This document shows positions 7,971 to 16,943 of a stretch of 64,000 bases of DNA, in pieces (within the stretch, counting starts at the first letter, position 1; every line of letters starts with the position of its first letter). Both the position numbers and the translations under genes were made by a program. This DNA is from Pseudomonadota bacterium (GTDB lineage Bacteria > Pseudomonadota > Alphaproteobacteria > Sphingomonadales > Sphingomonadaceae): the NCBI GenBank assembly GCA_963205265.1, contig CAUJJI010000052.1, positions 1,266-65,265 on the forward strand, read 5' to 3'. The notes under the pieces were generated by a model. The model was not told where the DNA came from and did no database searches. It was given only the letters and a program-made list of their open reading frames with translations.

Positions 7971-8674
7971 GACGCCTCCCCGCGCGCGGCCCGCCGCAGC
8001 TCGATGTCGATCATCGCGCGGGGGTCGCTGTCGGTCGAAAGGCGCATCAGCCAGTACCGGTCCGACAGTCCCGCGCTGCGCATCAGCCAGTTGAGCCGCG
8101 CCGCATCCTCCCCGCCGCCGAAGCGGCGCAGGATCTCGCCGGCAGCTGCGCTCATCTGGTGGCGGTCCATTTCCGCGGTGCCGCGCTCAATGTCTTGATG
8201 CGCGTGCTCGGCGATGATCGCGGCGATCACGTCTTCGTCCGGCTCGGCCCGGGGCGGCTGGTCCTGCGCGGACACTTCGTCTGGCGTCCAATCCCCGGAC
8301 AATGCCAGACGGGCAATGCGCTGGAGGTAGCCGATCATCTGCTGCGGTGTGGCGGTCAGGGGCTTCGAGCCAGCAATCTCCGCCAGCGCCTGTTTCGCGT
8401 TGAATGCAAACAGGGCGTCACGGTTGACCCAGCCGTGCCCGGTGACGGCCGGATCGGGGCCGGAATGCTCCGGAGCCAGGGGATTGGGGGCGGCGGCGAG
8501 CATGTCCTTCCACGCGCTATACAGATCCTCCCACTGCATGTCGTGGGACGATTGATAGAGGCCTGCTTGCATCATTGCGTCGGTCGGCTTCACCGGTACC
8601 AGCTTCCAGGCGCCCACCGCTTCCTGCCGCACCGCTAGATTCGCTTTCGAGATGGACGTTATCATTTTCCCCAA
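7967..8674 (-). CDS. hypothetical phage protein (235 aa)
   Basis: ORF track; protein-like composition; no domain recognised. Confidence 0.6.
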   Translation of the reverse strand: MGKMITSISKANLAVRQEAVGAWKLVPVKPTDAMMQAGLYQSSHDMQWEDLYSAWKDMLAAAPNPLAPEHSGPDPAVTGHGWVNRDALFAFNAKQALAEIAGSKPLTATPQQMIGYLQRIARLALSGDWTPDEVSAQDQPPRAEPDEDVIAAIIAEHAHQDIERGTAEMDRHQMSAAAGEILRRFGGGEDAARLNWLMRSAGLSDRYWLMRLSTDSDPRAMIDIELRRAARGEAS

Positions 8675-9063
8675 TAGGCCCAGGTCGGCTCAACGGTCAG
8701 GATGCAATACGACCAGCCACCGCCCTCTGATCGGACCCGCCATCCGCACGGCAGCGCATCGCCGTCGCCGGTCGGCGCATCGTCGGGGCGCTCAGCGGTC
8801 AACAGCCAGCGCCAGGCCAGATCCGCCGCTTCGTCCATCGTCAGCTTCGACGGCAGCGGGTGCCCGCTCGCCTTCGGGTCTGCGTGCCAGAACAGACCCA
8901 GCTTCCCGTTTTCGACGGACGCCCAGGCTGCGACGTGGGGCCGATCGGCCTCGTGGAATAGCGCGAAGCACTGACGCAGCATCGTCGGGCCGTGACTGGT
9001 CACGTCGACGTCGAAAGTGGACGCACGGACCGATGTATCGAATTGCTCGTCCCTGGACTTCAT
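8662..9063 (-). CDS. hypothetical phage protein (133 aa)
   Basis: ORF track. Confidence 0.6.
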   Translation of the reverse strand: MKSRDEQFDTSVRASTFDVDVTSHGPTMLRQCFALFHEADRPHVAAWASVENGKLGLFWHADPKASGHPLPSKLTMDEAADLAWRWLLTAERPDDAPTGDGDALPCGWRVRSEGGGWSYCILTVEPTWAYWGK

Positions 9064-9557
9064 CGCGAGCCTCCCTGCTGCACTGAGGGGCCGGGAGCGG
9101 TGAGTGCCTTGCGCAGTCTCACGTTGAGCAACTGCGCCTGCGACGCGAACGGACCGATACGACGCTGGTACTTTGCGTACAGCTCGGCGAGATAGTCGCT
9201 CGCTTCGGCCGCGGCAACCCGAAGATCCTCCGGCACCGCCCCCTGCTGCGCCGCTGCCGCAGAGTCAGGTAGCGCCTCCCAGATCGCCTCTGCCAGCCGG
9301 GCCAGCTCGTCATTGCCCCGCTTGATCGTTCTGTCGCCGATGGGCGTCAGCCTGTCGACCAGCGGCAGGCCGTCGCCATCGTCAGTCAGCGTATACAGCA
9401 TCCGGTGATTGCGCAGCGCCTCGCTGATTGCCGTCAGCGCGTCCGGCCAGTTCCGTGCCGCCTCGGCCTCCATCGTCTTGCACGCCGGGCATTCAGGATC
9501 TCTGCGGGTCATGTCGGTCTCGTCGGGGCAGTCGCCTTGGTAGATGTGGTCAGTCAT
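9060..9557 (-). CDS. hypothetical phage protein (165 aa)
   Basis: ORF track; ATGA overlap. Confidence 0.6.
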   Translation of the reverse strand: MTDHIYQGDCPDETDMTRRDPECPACKTMEAEAARNWPDALTAISEALRNHRMLYTLTDDGDGLPLVDRLTPIGDRTIKRGNDELARLAEAIWEALPDSAAAAQQGAVPEDLRVAAAEASDYLAELYAKYQRRIGPFASQAQLLNVRLRKALTAPGPSVQQGGSR

Positions 9558-9813
9558 CGCGGGATCCCATTTCGGCGAGCACGGCGGCGAGGATCACACT
9601 GACCTCGTCGAAAACATCCATGTCGGACTGACCCCAGCCCTCGTCGCTGATGAACCGGGCGAGCGAGTCCTGCACACGGATCAGTGTTTCGGGAGTCGCG
9701 CTCCCGTAAACCTTCACCGGAAACTGTCGCACCCATCCCGGGTCGCCGTCGAACATCGGATGCCCGGCCGGCGCGACTACTGCGCGGCCGTCGGTGTGTT
9801 GGTATAGGTACAT
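9550..9813 (-). CDS. hypothetical phage protein (87 aa)
   Basis: Start taken at ATG 9813 (MYLYQHTDGRAV), 1 nt after the upstream stop at 9815-9817. Confidence 0.55.
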   Translation of the reverse strand: MYLYQHTDGRAVVAPAGHPMFDGDPGWVRQFPVKVYGSATPETLIRVQDSLARFISDEGWGQSDMDVFDEVSVILAAVLAEMGSRDD

Positions 9814-9814
9814 T

Positions 9815-10072
9815 TCAATGCTCCGTTGGGGGCGTGAACACATCAACGCTCGACGACTTCATGCTGCGCAGCTGGGCCTCAATGAACCCCTGGGCAAACT
9901 CGGTTCCGAACGTGCCCCAAAGCGCACCCCAGAACACGATCAGGATGGCAGTCATGTGGGCCTCGAACTCGTCGGGCGAATCCTTGGGCATGGACCTCAT
10001 GACGCCGATGGCCCACGTCGTCGCGGCCTCGGAGTTGGCTTTCTGCTCGGGCGTCTGTTCGGGGAGCTTCAT
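9815..10072 (-). CDS. hypothetical protein with a hydrophobic central segment (85 aa)
   Basis: ORF track; ILIVFWGALWGTFG suggests a membrane helix. Confidence 0.55.
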   Translation of the reverse strand: MKLPEQTPEQKANSEAATTWAIGVMRSMPKDSPDEFEAHMTAILIVFWGALWGTFGTEFAQGFIEAQLRSMKSSSVDVFTPPTEH

Positions 10073-10428
10073 TGGCCCTGCCCCACAAGTGCAGCCGACC
10101 GCACAATCGCCCGCCGCGTCGCCGCCACCGGATCGTCACCGTACTGCTCGATAACCTCGGTCGGATTGCCCTCGCGCAGCACATCACCGCCGCGGCGTTG
10201 TTTGACGATGACGGAGTGCTTGGGCGTGCTGTTGTAGGGGTAGGGCTCGATCGACAGGCCGAGATCGACGGCAAGAGTCAGAGCATCGCTGCTGTTGACA
10301 TCAGGCAACCAGCAGCCGTCGGTATAGCCCTCGTCGCGCTGGAGCATGATGCATTCGAGATGGTCGCTCCATCTGTACGCGCAGCCGGTCGCTTGCGCGG
10401 CCCGCTCAAGTGTCTCGCGATCGATCAT
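10069..10428 (-). CDS. hypothetical phage protein (119 aa)
   Basis: ORF track. Confidence 0.6.
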   Translation of the reverse strand: MIDRETLERAAQATGCAYRWSDHLECIMLQRDEGYTDGCWLPDVNSSDALTLAVDLGLSIEPYPYNSTPKHSVIVKQRRGGDVLREGNPTEVIEQYGDDPVAATRRAIVRSAALVGQGQ

Positions 10429-10730
10429 GACGGCTCTCCGTGTGACACAGCATCGGTTGCACGGCTGATCGCATTGCGGTCGCGCTTCATCTTCGTGATG
10501 ACGCCCTGCAAGGCCGAGATGCGGCGAGCCATGCGCCGACTATTCCGCTCCAGTCCCTCGGTTCTCTCCTTGTAGTAGTCCCGATCTCTGCGCATGTTGT
10601 CGTAGCTCGATGCCATTTTCTCGACGGCATCGGCGATGCGCTGGAGGCTGCCCATGTTGATCTCTTCACAGGTAGCGCGATCGGATACGAGGCCGTAGGA
10701 TTCTTTCGAGGCTTCGCGGAGGGTGGTCAT
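10425..10730 (-). CDS. hypothetical coiled-coil protein (101 aa)
   Basis: Start taken at ATG 10730 (MTTLREASKESYG). Confidence 0.55.
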   Translation of the reverse strand: MTTLREASKESYGLVSDRATCEEINMGSLQRIADAVEKMASSYDNMRRDRDYYKERTEGLERNSRRMARRISALQGVITKMKRDRNAISRATDAVSHGEPS

Positions 10731-11017
10731 GATTGGTCTCCTGTGCGGGCGAGGGCGGCGCGAACGTAGGCCATGGCCTCGGCCTTCGCTTCGTCGATCG
10801 TTGGTACCGGCTGGTTGCAAGTGTTCCGACGCGGTACGTCGCTGTCCCAGCCTGCGACCCAGTACCAACCGGATCCGCCTCTGTTGATGGCCGATACCAT
10901 GGCGTACCTTTTGCCGGTGGAATCGTAGAGAGTAGATCCCCGTGGGCCCGCGCAAACCCCGGCAAGGCCGGAGGGGTGTTTGTCGAGTCGCCACCGCAGG
11001 CGCAGTCCCTTGCTCAT
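10727..11017 (-). CDS. hypothetical phage protein (96 aa)
   Basis: Start taken at ATG 11017 (MSKGLRLRWRLDK). Confidence 0.55.
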   Translation of the reverse strand: MSKGLRLRWRLDKHPSGLAGVCAGPRGSTLYDSTGKRYAMVSAINRGGSGWYWVAGWDSDVPRRNTCNQPVPTIDEAKAEAMAYVRAALARTGDQS

Positions 11018-11517
11018 GATGTCCTTCCGTTGTTGATCTTGGAAAGAGCGGCCCGCGCCCCCACTACCGCTGCGTTGTATCGCGCCTCGATTCCAACGAT
11101 GCCGGTGTTCTGCGGACATACCGGCAGGATCGCCAGAACCTCGGTCAGCGCTTCCCGAAGTGCGTCGCGCTCAGCCAGCAGGCGGCCGATTGTGGCGGGA
11201 TCTGCGGCGGCGATCATCCGCATGTCCGGATGAACCACATTCGCGCACCAGTGCTTGTGATGCTCCCGCCCCGGGAATGGCTCGATCCAGTCCTGGCGCT
11301 CGTGCAGCTTGTACATCAGGTTCCCATCGGACGAGTCGCGCATCCTAACGGTAGCTCCGCTCATGCCCCACCGGACGAAATCCATGATCGTGAGGTCGTA
11401 GCGAGGGCAGCCGCCGACGAGATGAACTCGCAGGTTGTGGGCATCAAACTCCCAGCGCCATGGGCCGTCCGTCGGCCCGGCGGCCAACGCGGCCCGCAGT
11501 TCGGTGTAGCCGGTCAT
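11014..11517 (-). CDS. hypothetical phage protein (167 aa)
   Basis: Start taken at ATG 11517 (MTGYTELRAALAAGPTDGPWRWEF). Confidence 0.6.
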   Translation of the reverse strand: MTGYTELRAALAAGPTDGPWRWEFDAHNLRVHLVGGCPRYDLTIMDFVRWGMSGATVRMRDSSDGNLMYKLHERQDWIEPFPGREHHKHWCANVVHPDMRMIAAADPATIGRLLAERDALREALTEVLAILPVCPQNTGIVGIEARYNAAVVGARAALSKINNGRTS

Positions 11518-11687
11518 GACGGTTCGCTCTCTGTGGTGGCCCGAACGGCGTGCTCGAACTCCCGCATCGCGGCGCGCATCTGGCTCTTGGTCGAATCCAT
11601 CGTGTAGTGCTTCAAGGCCGATCCGCTGGCGCGCAGGATGGCATCGAGATGGCGGTCGAGTTCGTCCTTCGGTATCTGCTCTTTCAC
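11514..11687 (-). CDS. small hypothetical protein (57 aa, GTG start)
   Basis: VKEQIPKDELDRHLDAILRASGSALKHYTMDSTKSQMRAAMREFEHAVRATTESEPS. GTGA overlap upstream and ATGA overlap downstream. Confidence 0.45.
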   Translation of the reverse strand: MKEQIPKDELDRHLDAILRASGSALKHYTMDSTKSQMRAAMREFEHAVRATTESEPS

Positions 11688-12826
11688 GCCGGGATCTCCA
11701 CGTCGAGCCGCGCGACAATCGCCTGGGCACGCTCGATCAGGGACTCCGGGCTGATCCTGCCGGCCGGGCTACTGGCGATCTCACGGACTAGGGCGATTGC
11801 GTCGTCGGTAGCGTCGAAGCGGTCTTGCTCGATCTGGTGGACGCGCGCGGCCAACTGCGCGGCCTCCTCTCGCTTCGCCCGCTCGGCGACCTCCTGCCGT
11901 GCCCGTTCTTCGGCTGCGGCCACTGCCGCTTGCCGGCGTTGCTCGTCTGCAATGACGGCCAACCGATAGCGTTCCTTTTCAGCCGCTTCCCGCTCGGCTT
12001 TCATCCGGGCCTCGTGCTCGGCCTGGGCCTGCCGACGCTCGGCGGCCAGGCGGTCATCCTCGATCTTCTGCAGGCGCTTGCGCTCGGCCTCTTCGGCCTC
12101 GGCCTTCTCGCGGGCGATGCGGCGCTCAGTGGCGGTCCGCTCGGCCTCGATGCGGCGGGCTTCGGCGATGCGGGCCTCTTCTGCGCGACGCTCTTCGTCC
12201 AGCTTGGCGCGCTCGGCGACCAGGAGGGCAGCCTCCGCCGCCAGCCGCTCGGCCTCCTGCTCACGAGCCAGCGCATCGCCGTGCATCCGCTTGAGGCTGG
12301 CGACCGTCTGATCGCGGATGGCCTGCGCCTTCGGGGCGAACTCCTGGTAGGCGTCGCCGATCTCCCGGGCCTCTAGGTCGGCGATCATTGCCGCGACGCC
12401 ATCCGAGCTGCCCGGCATCACGCTCGGGATACGCAGGTCGTCGATCATCGCCTGGATCTGGGAGACTCTCCTCTGCTCGGCTTCGATCTTGGCCTGCCGC
12501 TCCGCTTCCTTGCGTTGCTCCTCGGCCTTGATGGCGGCGTCGATCGGCTCTTCCAGTTCGAGGATGGCCTTCTTGATTCGGTTCGCCTCGGTGTCGATCA
12601 GGCGCGACCGTTCGAGGGCGGGGGCTTTCAGCTCGACGCGCTTCATCTCCAGGGCGCTGCGCAGGCGGACCATCTCATGCCGGGCGGCGCGCGCCTCGGC
12701 ATTGCCCTTCGTTGTGGTGACATCAAACACAACGTCTTTGTAGCGATGGCGCAGGTCGGCAAGCCCGGCTTCGGATGGCGAATACTCCGCGATCGCGGTG
12801 GCTGGCTTCTCGGCTACTTCGGTCAT
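11684..12826 (-). CDS. coiled-coil phage protein (380 aa), DUF1351-like N-terminus
   Basis: Start taken at ATG 12826 (MTEVAEKPATAIAEY). A long Glu/Arg/Ala-rich heptad region follows. It sits directly downstream of the Exo/Erf recombination genes in the leftward transcription direction, a position DUF1351-type proteins often occupy. Confidence 0.7.
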   Translation of the reverse strand: MTEVAEKPATAIAEYSPSEAGLADLRHRYKDVVFDVTTTKGNAEARAARHEMVRLRSALEMKRVELKAPALERSRLIDTEANRIKKAILELEEPIDAAIKAEEQRKEAERQAKIEAEQRRVSQIQAMIDDLRIPSVMPGSSDGVAAMIADLEAREIGDAYQEFAPKAQAIRDQTVASLKRMHGDALAREQEAERLAAEAALLVAERAKLDEERRAEEARIAEARRIEAERTATERRIAREKAEAEEAERKRLQKIEDDRLAAERRQAQAEHEARMKAEREAAEKERYRLAVIADEQRRQAAVAAAEERARQEVAERAKREEAAQLAARVHQIEQDRFDATDDAIALVREIASSPAGRISPESLIERAQAIVARLDVEIPA

Positions 12827-13141
12827 GGCATCGTCCTGTTGGTTGTCTGGTGCCCCGCATCGCACGGGACTACCGGCATACACGCCGATTCGTGGCGACT
12901 GTTCCCGACGGTGTTACTGCTGCTGTCGCGGTTTCCCGCTACCGTCGGACCGGCGTCGGGCTACTGCCCATTCCCGTCGCGCTCCGGATGGATCCGGGGC
13001 CGGTTCGCACGGCCTTTCCGGTATCTGCCCCGGATGGCTTCATCGGCCCTTGTGGGCGGAGTGGGCGGCCCCGCAGCCATGTCCGGGTCCGCTCAACGCG
13101 CTCGGGTGAAAACGTCTTGCGGTACATGGTGCGGGGCCGGT

Positions 13142-13795
13142 TTAGGCGGCCAACCGTTCGGTGGCCATGTCTCTCATCTCTCGCACGGTGACCGATACCT
13201 CGGCGGTGAATCGCTCAAGCCCGTCGCGCAACTCGGCGAGCAGCTTCTCGTCACGGTGAACGCGGACAATGTGTAACTGCAAGGGCTCCGGGAAATCCGG
13301 ATTGAAGCTCACAAAATCGACCCACTGAAGATCGGCGATCAGGATCAGTCCGTGAACCTGCCACTTGTAGGCGGACGGCGGGGAATCGACAAGGCGCAGG
13401 TATTCATGGTGCGCGGCCTGCGCGGGGCACTTTCCCTCGATTCCGCCGTTCGGCAGCAGAAGGCCATCCGGAGATGCGCCGTAGGGCATGGTGTCGTGAC
13501 GAACGAACGCGACCTCTTGCAAGCTGCTGCCAGTTGCGATCTCGTAGTTCATCTTCAGCAGTGGCTCGCGCTCGACGCCGTTCGCGACATCCTTGCTGAA
13601 GGACAGGTCCTGAGAATGCGGAACGCCAGTCAGGGTCTCAAGTGCGAGCGCGATGCGGTAGTTCCGCCGGGTCGTCGCTTCCTCGCCGTCGCGGCCTTTC
13701 GCCATCACAGCCGCGAAGTTCGACGCAGTAGCCAGGCCCAGTCGGGCGGCCCTCCATTCCGGGGTTCGTTGATCCCCTTTGATGATCACGGCCAT
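13142..13795 (-). CDS. YqaJ/lambda-Exo-like recombination exonuclease (217 aa)
   Basis: QRTPEWRAARLGLATASNFAAVMA N-terminal signature of the YqaJ viral recombinase family; adjacent to an Erf-type annealase. Confidence 0.8.
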   Translation of the reverse strand: MAVIIKGDQRTPEWRAARLGLATASNFAAVMAKGRDGEEATTRRNYRIALALETLTGVPHSQDLSFSKDVANGVEREPLLKMNYEIATGSSLQEVAFVRHDTMPYGASPDGLLLPNGGIEGKCPAQAAHHEYLRLVDSPPSAYKWQVHGLILIADLQWVDFVSFNPDFPEPLQLHIVRVHRDEKLLAELRDGLERFTAEVSVTVREMRDMATERLAA

Positions 13796-13799
13796 GCCT

Positions 13800-14585
13800 C
13801 TATCCTTCCTGACCAGGTTCGCGCGGTTGCAGGGCGGTCAGGCGCTTCTCGATCGCCGCCTTGAATTTGCGATACGAGTCGGCGTCGTTGCGCTTGCGGA
13901 TCACCGCGAATCCGCGTTCCTTCGTGTCACGCAGTTCGTTGAGATCGACAGCTTCTTCGGCTTTCGCCAACCAGTCCGCAAGCCGGAACGAGTCAGCGTC
14001 CTCGCCGCCCGCCTGGTCTCCGTCGTCGTCCATGCCTTTGGTTGCCATACCAGTCGCGGCGAGCAGGGTGTACCTGGACAAATAGGTGACCGCCGATGCG
14101 ACCTGCTGGATGGCGTTCTTCTTGCCGGACGCGTCCGGCGGGGCGTGCATCGTGACTGTCTCGGAGTGGCCCTGAGCGTGCCGCACGATGCAGTCAACGG
14201 AGATCGATCCGTTCTCTTGCCGAATGTCCCAGCGGAAGCTCAGGCCGTGCTTCGCCATGGCCGGGCCGACGACTTCCGTGATGTCCGACAGCTCGGCATG
14301 CGCGTATCCAACGAAGTCGCCGTCCCGAGTGGTGTAGCCGACTTGCTTGCGCTTCAGGATCTCCATTGGCTCGGCCTTGAACTGCGACATGGCAAGCACG
14401 TAGGCCTTGCGAGCCTCGTCGGCATCCCATTGCTTCTTGACTTCGAGCAGGGCCGAGATCTTGGCGATATCGAATCCCTGCTGGCCCATCGATGCTTCGA
14501 TGATGCGCAGCAGGAACGACGAGTCCGAGCCGGCGGGGCGCTGCACTAGAATTTCGTGCTGTTCGGTGGTGGTGATAGCGTTCAT
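13800..14585 (-). CDS. erf: ERF-family single-strand annealing protein (261 aa)
   Basis: Start taken at ATG 14585 (MNAITTTEQHE). Central GKKNAIQQVASAVTYLSRYTLLAATG motif typical of Erf. Confidence 0.8.
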   Translation of the reverse strand: MNAITTTEQHEILVQRPAGSDSSFLLRIIEASMGQQGFDIAKISALLEVKKQWDADEARKAYVLAMSQFKAEPMEILKRKQVGYTTRDGDFVGYAHAELSDITEVVGPAMAKHGLSFRWDIRQENGSISVDCIVRHAQGHSETVTMHAPPDASGKKNAIQQVASAVTYLSRYTLLAATGMATKGMDDDGDQAGGEDADSFRLADWLAKAEEAVDLNELRDTKERGFAVIRKRNDADSYRKFKAAIEKRLTALQPREPGQEG

Positions 14586-14887
14586 GGCACTGGTCTGATG
14601 AGTCCGCGAGCAAACAGCTCGCCAACGGTTGATCGGTGCGCCTGGTCCCACTGGTCCCGGCGCTGCTCGCGGGTCAAGTGCTTGCCGCTGTCGATTTCGG
14701 CATGGCAGTACATGCACAGGGCCGCAACCCGCCAGGGAAATGCCTTCAGCCCCTTGCCTTTTCCGTCAATCGGCTGATTGCTGTGGCTAACCTGCACTGG
14801 TGAGCGACCGCAGATTTGGCAGGGCAGGGAGGCGACGTGCCCGTACAAGCGCTTCTCGTCGGCCTTGATGGGAAGTGAGTAACTCAT
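14582..14887 (-). CDS. small Cys/His protein, DUF1364/YbcO-like putative nuclease (101 aa)
   Basis: Start taken at ATG 14887 (MSYSLPIKADEK). CQICGRSPVQVSH...ALCMYCHAEID metal-binding pattern. ATGA overlap with ninB. Confidence 0.55.
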   Translation of the reverse strand: MSYSLPIKADEKRLYGHVASLPCQICGRSPVQVSHSNQPIDGKGKGLKAFPWRVAALCMYCHAEIDSGKHLTREQRRDQWDQAHRSTVGELFARGLIRPVP

Positions 14888-15291
14888 GCCGCCATCCTGT
14901 CCGGCAGATAGATGCCGTGCATTGCGCAATAGGCCATGCTGTACTCGATCAGGCTGGCGCCTCGCTTCTTGCTCATCAGGGCGGTTGACTCGCGCAGGTT
15001 GATGAACTCTCCCTCAAGTCCGGGAACCACTTCAGAGCCTTCGCCGGTAGCCGTGGCGTGACCGCTGACAAACAGGACTTTTACCTGTTTCGCGTCGCGC
15101 CGCCTATTTGCCCAGAGGAAGCCCGCCTTCGCCACGTCGCCGCAGATCGCATGAAACTTTGCGTTCTGCTCGCCGGTGCGCGTCGGCGGCTTGATCTCAA
15201 CCACGAACCCCTCGGGCGCCTCGTGGATCGCTCGCATGGCACCGTCCCTGGCGGCCTCATGGACGAGCACGAAATAGCGTCGCTCGCTCAT
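14884..15291 (-). CDS. ninB: NinB/Orf-family recombination mediator (135 aa)
   Basis: PPTRTGEQNAKFHAICGDVAK motif and a size typical of lambda NinB. Confidence 0.75.
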   Translation of the reverse strand: MSERRYFVLVHEAARDGAMRAIHEAPEGFVVEIKPPTRTGEQNAKFHAICGDVAKAGFLWANRRRDAKQVKVLFVSGHATATGEGSEVVPGLEGEFINLRESTALMSKKRGASLIEYSMAYCAMHGIYLPDRMAA

Positions 15292-15560
15292 TGCGCAGCC
15301 TCCCGCAGCCAGAACTTGAACGCGTCCTCAGCCTCCTTCATGGCCTTCGCGATCAGCGCCTTGCCGGCCTGCGGCTCCAGTAACTGCGCGTCACCGATCG
15401 CCTTGAGCACGACGTAGCCGACTTCCTGAATCTCGCGATCGGGCATCATCTCCAGTACGTCGTCTGCACTCATGGATTCGAGGCGGGCGGCGTATTGGTC
15501 CTTCTCGTCAAGGTGTCGGTGGATCGCGGCGAGATGGGCGGGTTCGAGAGGGGCGTTCAT
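15288..15560 (-). CDS. hypothetical phage protein (90 aa)
   Basis: Start taken at ATG 15560 (MNAPLEPAHL), an ATGA overlap with the upstream stop. Confidence 0.55.
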   Translation of the reverse strand: MNAPLEPAHLAAIHRHLDEKDQYAARLESMSADDVLEMMPDREIQEVGYVVLKAIGDAQLLEPQAGKALIAKAMKEAEDAFKFWLREAAQ

Positions 15561-15799
15561 GCAACCAATCTCCCCACCACAGTCCACACGTACCCGCAGA
15601 CATCAAGCAGGCCGATCAGGGCGAAGACGATTAGCGACCAGACCGCGAGTTTGTCGCGCAGGCTGGGCTCCGGGTACAGGTCGCGGATGGCCTCGCCGCG
15701 GTAGATGCGGGGATTGACGGCGGGCGAGGGTAGCCGGTGATCGGCCAGGTCGGCCGTCGCGAGGCCGGCTGCCGCTACGATCTGGTGCCGGACGATCAC
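15557..15799 (-). CDS. small membrane protein (80 aa)
   Basis: C-terminal hydrophobic helix LAVWSLIVFALIGLLDVCGYVW. Confidence 0.5.
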   Translation of the reverse strand: MIVRHQIVAAAGLATADLADHRLPSPAVNPRIYRGEAIRDLYPEPSLRDKLAVWSLIVFALIGLLDVCGYVWTVVGRLVA

Positions 15800-16518
15800 G
15801 ACTCATCCCCCACGAACTCGCCCATTTCGTTGAGGCGGTACCAGCGGTTGGGTTCGATTCCGTCGGTTCCGACGCGAGCCGTTTTCAGGTGGATCAGTTC
15901 GCCGTCGTCGTTGCGGTAGCCGACGACGATCCAGCAACCGAGCGGCGCTCGGGCGCGGCTGTTCTCGCCGGTGGCGATGGCGACGGCGTGTTGGTTGTGG
16001 TCGGGATCGTCTACGGGCTTGATCTCGGCGGTGCTGTAGCGACCGATTGCGAGCGCGGCCGACCGGTACCCCGTGGCGCTGCTCGCCGACTGGTCCCCCG
16101 TGGCGCTGCTCGCCGACCGGTACCCCGTGGCGTGCTCCGCTTTCGCGGGCTCGCACTGCGCCAGCACCCACGCGATGGACCGGCTGATGATCTCGGGGAT
16201 TTTCAGTTCGGCCTTGATCGTCAGCCGCGCGGCGGCGATCTTGGAATCATCGCTGTGGCGCGCAATCTCGCCCGAGGCCTCGACCAGCGCGAACCGGTTC
16301 GGCTTGCCGTCATCGCCGATCGGCGCGTAGTAGCCGAACACGTCGAGCGGGTATTCGCAGGCGTGCAGGCCGCTCTTGCAAACCTCGACCTTGCCGGCGT
16401 GCTCGAACGTGCCGCCCAACTGGTACTGCATGTCTCGGCACTTCCAGTCGGCGCCGAAGCCCTTCACGGCCTCGATGACCGGCTGTTTGTCTGCAGTTTT
16501 CTCTTTCTTCTTGGTCAT
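15796..16518 (-). CDS. hypothetical phage protein with internal 9-aa tandem repeats (240 aa)
   Basis: ATG at 16518 (a GTG at 16530 is also possible). N-terminal KCRDMQYQLGGTFEH...CKSGLHACEYPLDVFGYY, then ATGYRSASS/ATGDQSASS/ATGYRSAAL repeats. Confidence 0.65.
   Translation of the reverse strand: MTKKKEKTADKQPVIEAVKGFGADWKCRDMQYQLGGTFEHAGKVEVCKSGLHACEYPLDVFGYYAPIGDDGKPNRFALVEASGEIARHSDDSKIAAARLTIKAELKIPEIISRSIAWVLAQCEPAKAEHATGYRSASSATGDQSASSATGYRSAALAIGRYSTAEIKPVDDPDHNQHAVAIATGENSRARAPLGCWIVVGYRNDDGELIHLKTARVGTDGIEPNRWYRLNEMGEFVGDES
16061..16140. repeat. 27-nt tandem repeat, ~2.9 copies, in-frame inside the 15796-16518 CDS
   Basis: GACCGGTACCCCGTGGCGCTGCTCGCC / GACTGGTCCCCCGTGGCGCTGCTCGCC / GACCGGTACCCCGTGGCGTGCTCCGC. 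Confidence 0.8.
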
Positions 16519-16526
16519 GGCTGGTC

Positions 16527-16943
16527 TCACACTTGCGCGAGATCGACACTCGCGACCTCGTCGATGTCGCTGCCGGTCAGCAGCTTGATGGCCTCGTCGA
16601 TGCGGGCGAGGACGGGATCCTTGTCGCCTTCCTTGGCGACGAATGCGACGCTGTCGAGCAGGTCGCGGGCGCTGACCAGTGCGCTGTAGACCTTCCCGGC
16701 GTGCGCAGGCCGCTTGAGATCATCGGGCAGGACATCTTTCGGTCCGTAGCCCTGCGCCCGGGCGATCCGGACCGGCGGCGGAGCGTGCAGCACCCGAGCG
16801 AACAGCTCGCCGCCGTGCGCGTAGCTCAGTTCGTTCGCCAGCATGCTCATGGCGCGGTCGTCGTCGAGGACGAACCCATCAGCAACCCAGACCGGGCTGA
16901 TGGCGTACTGGACGGTCCAGATGAAGGGTTTGGTGTTCATCAC
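16527..16943 (-). CDS. hypothetical phage protein (138 aa)
   Basis: ORF track. Confidence 0.6.
   Translation of the reverse strand: MMNTKPFIWTVQYAISPVWVADGFVLDDDRAMSMLANELSYAHGGELFARVLHAPPPVRIARAQGYGPKDVLPDDLKRPAHAGKVYSALVSARDLLDSVAFVAKEGDKDPVLARIDEAIKLLTGSDIDEVASVDLAQV

Noticed and set aside
12939-13127. 62-aa basic ORF in the 315-nt gap of the early operon
   Set aside because: It has mediocre codon bias, a low-complexity Arg/Pro/Gly composition and no SD. The region is kept only as an unexplained gap.
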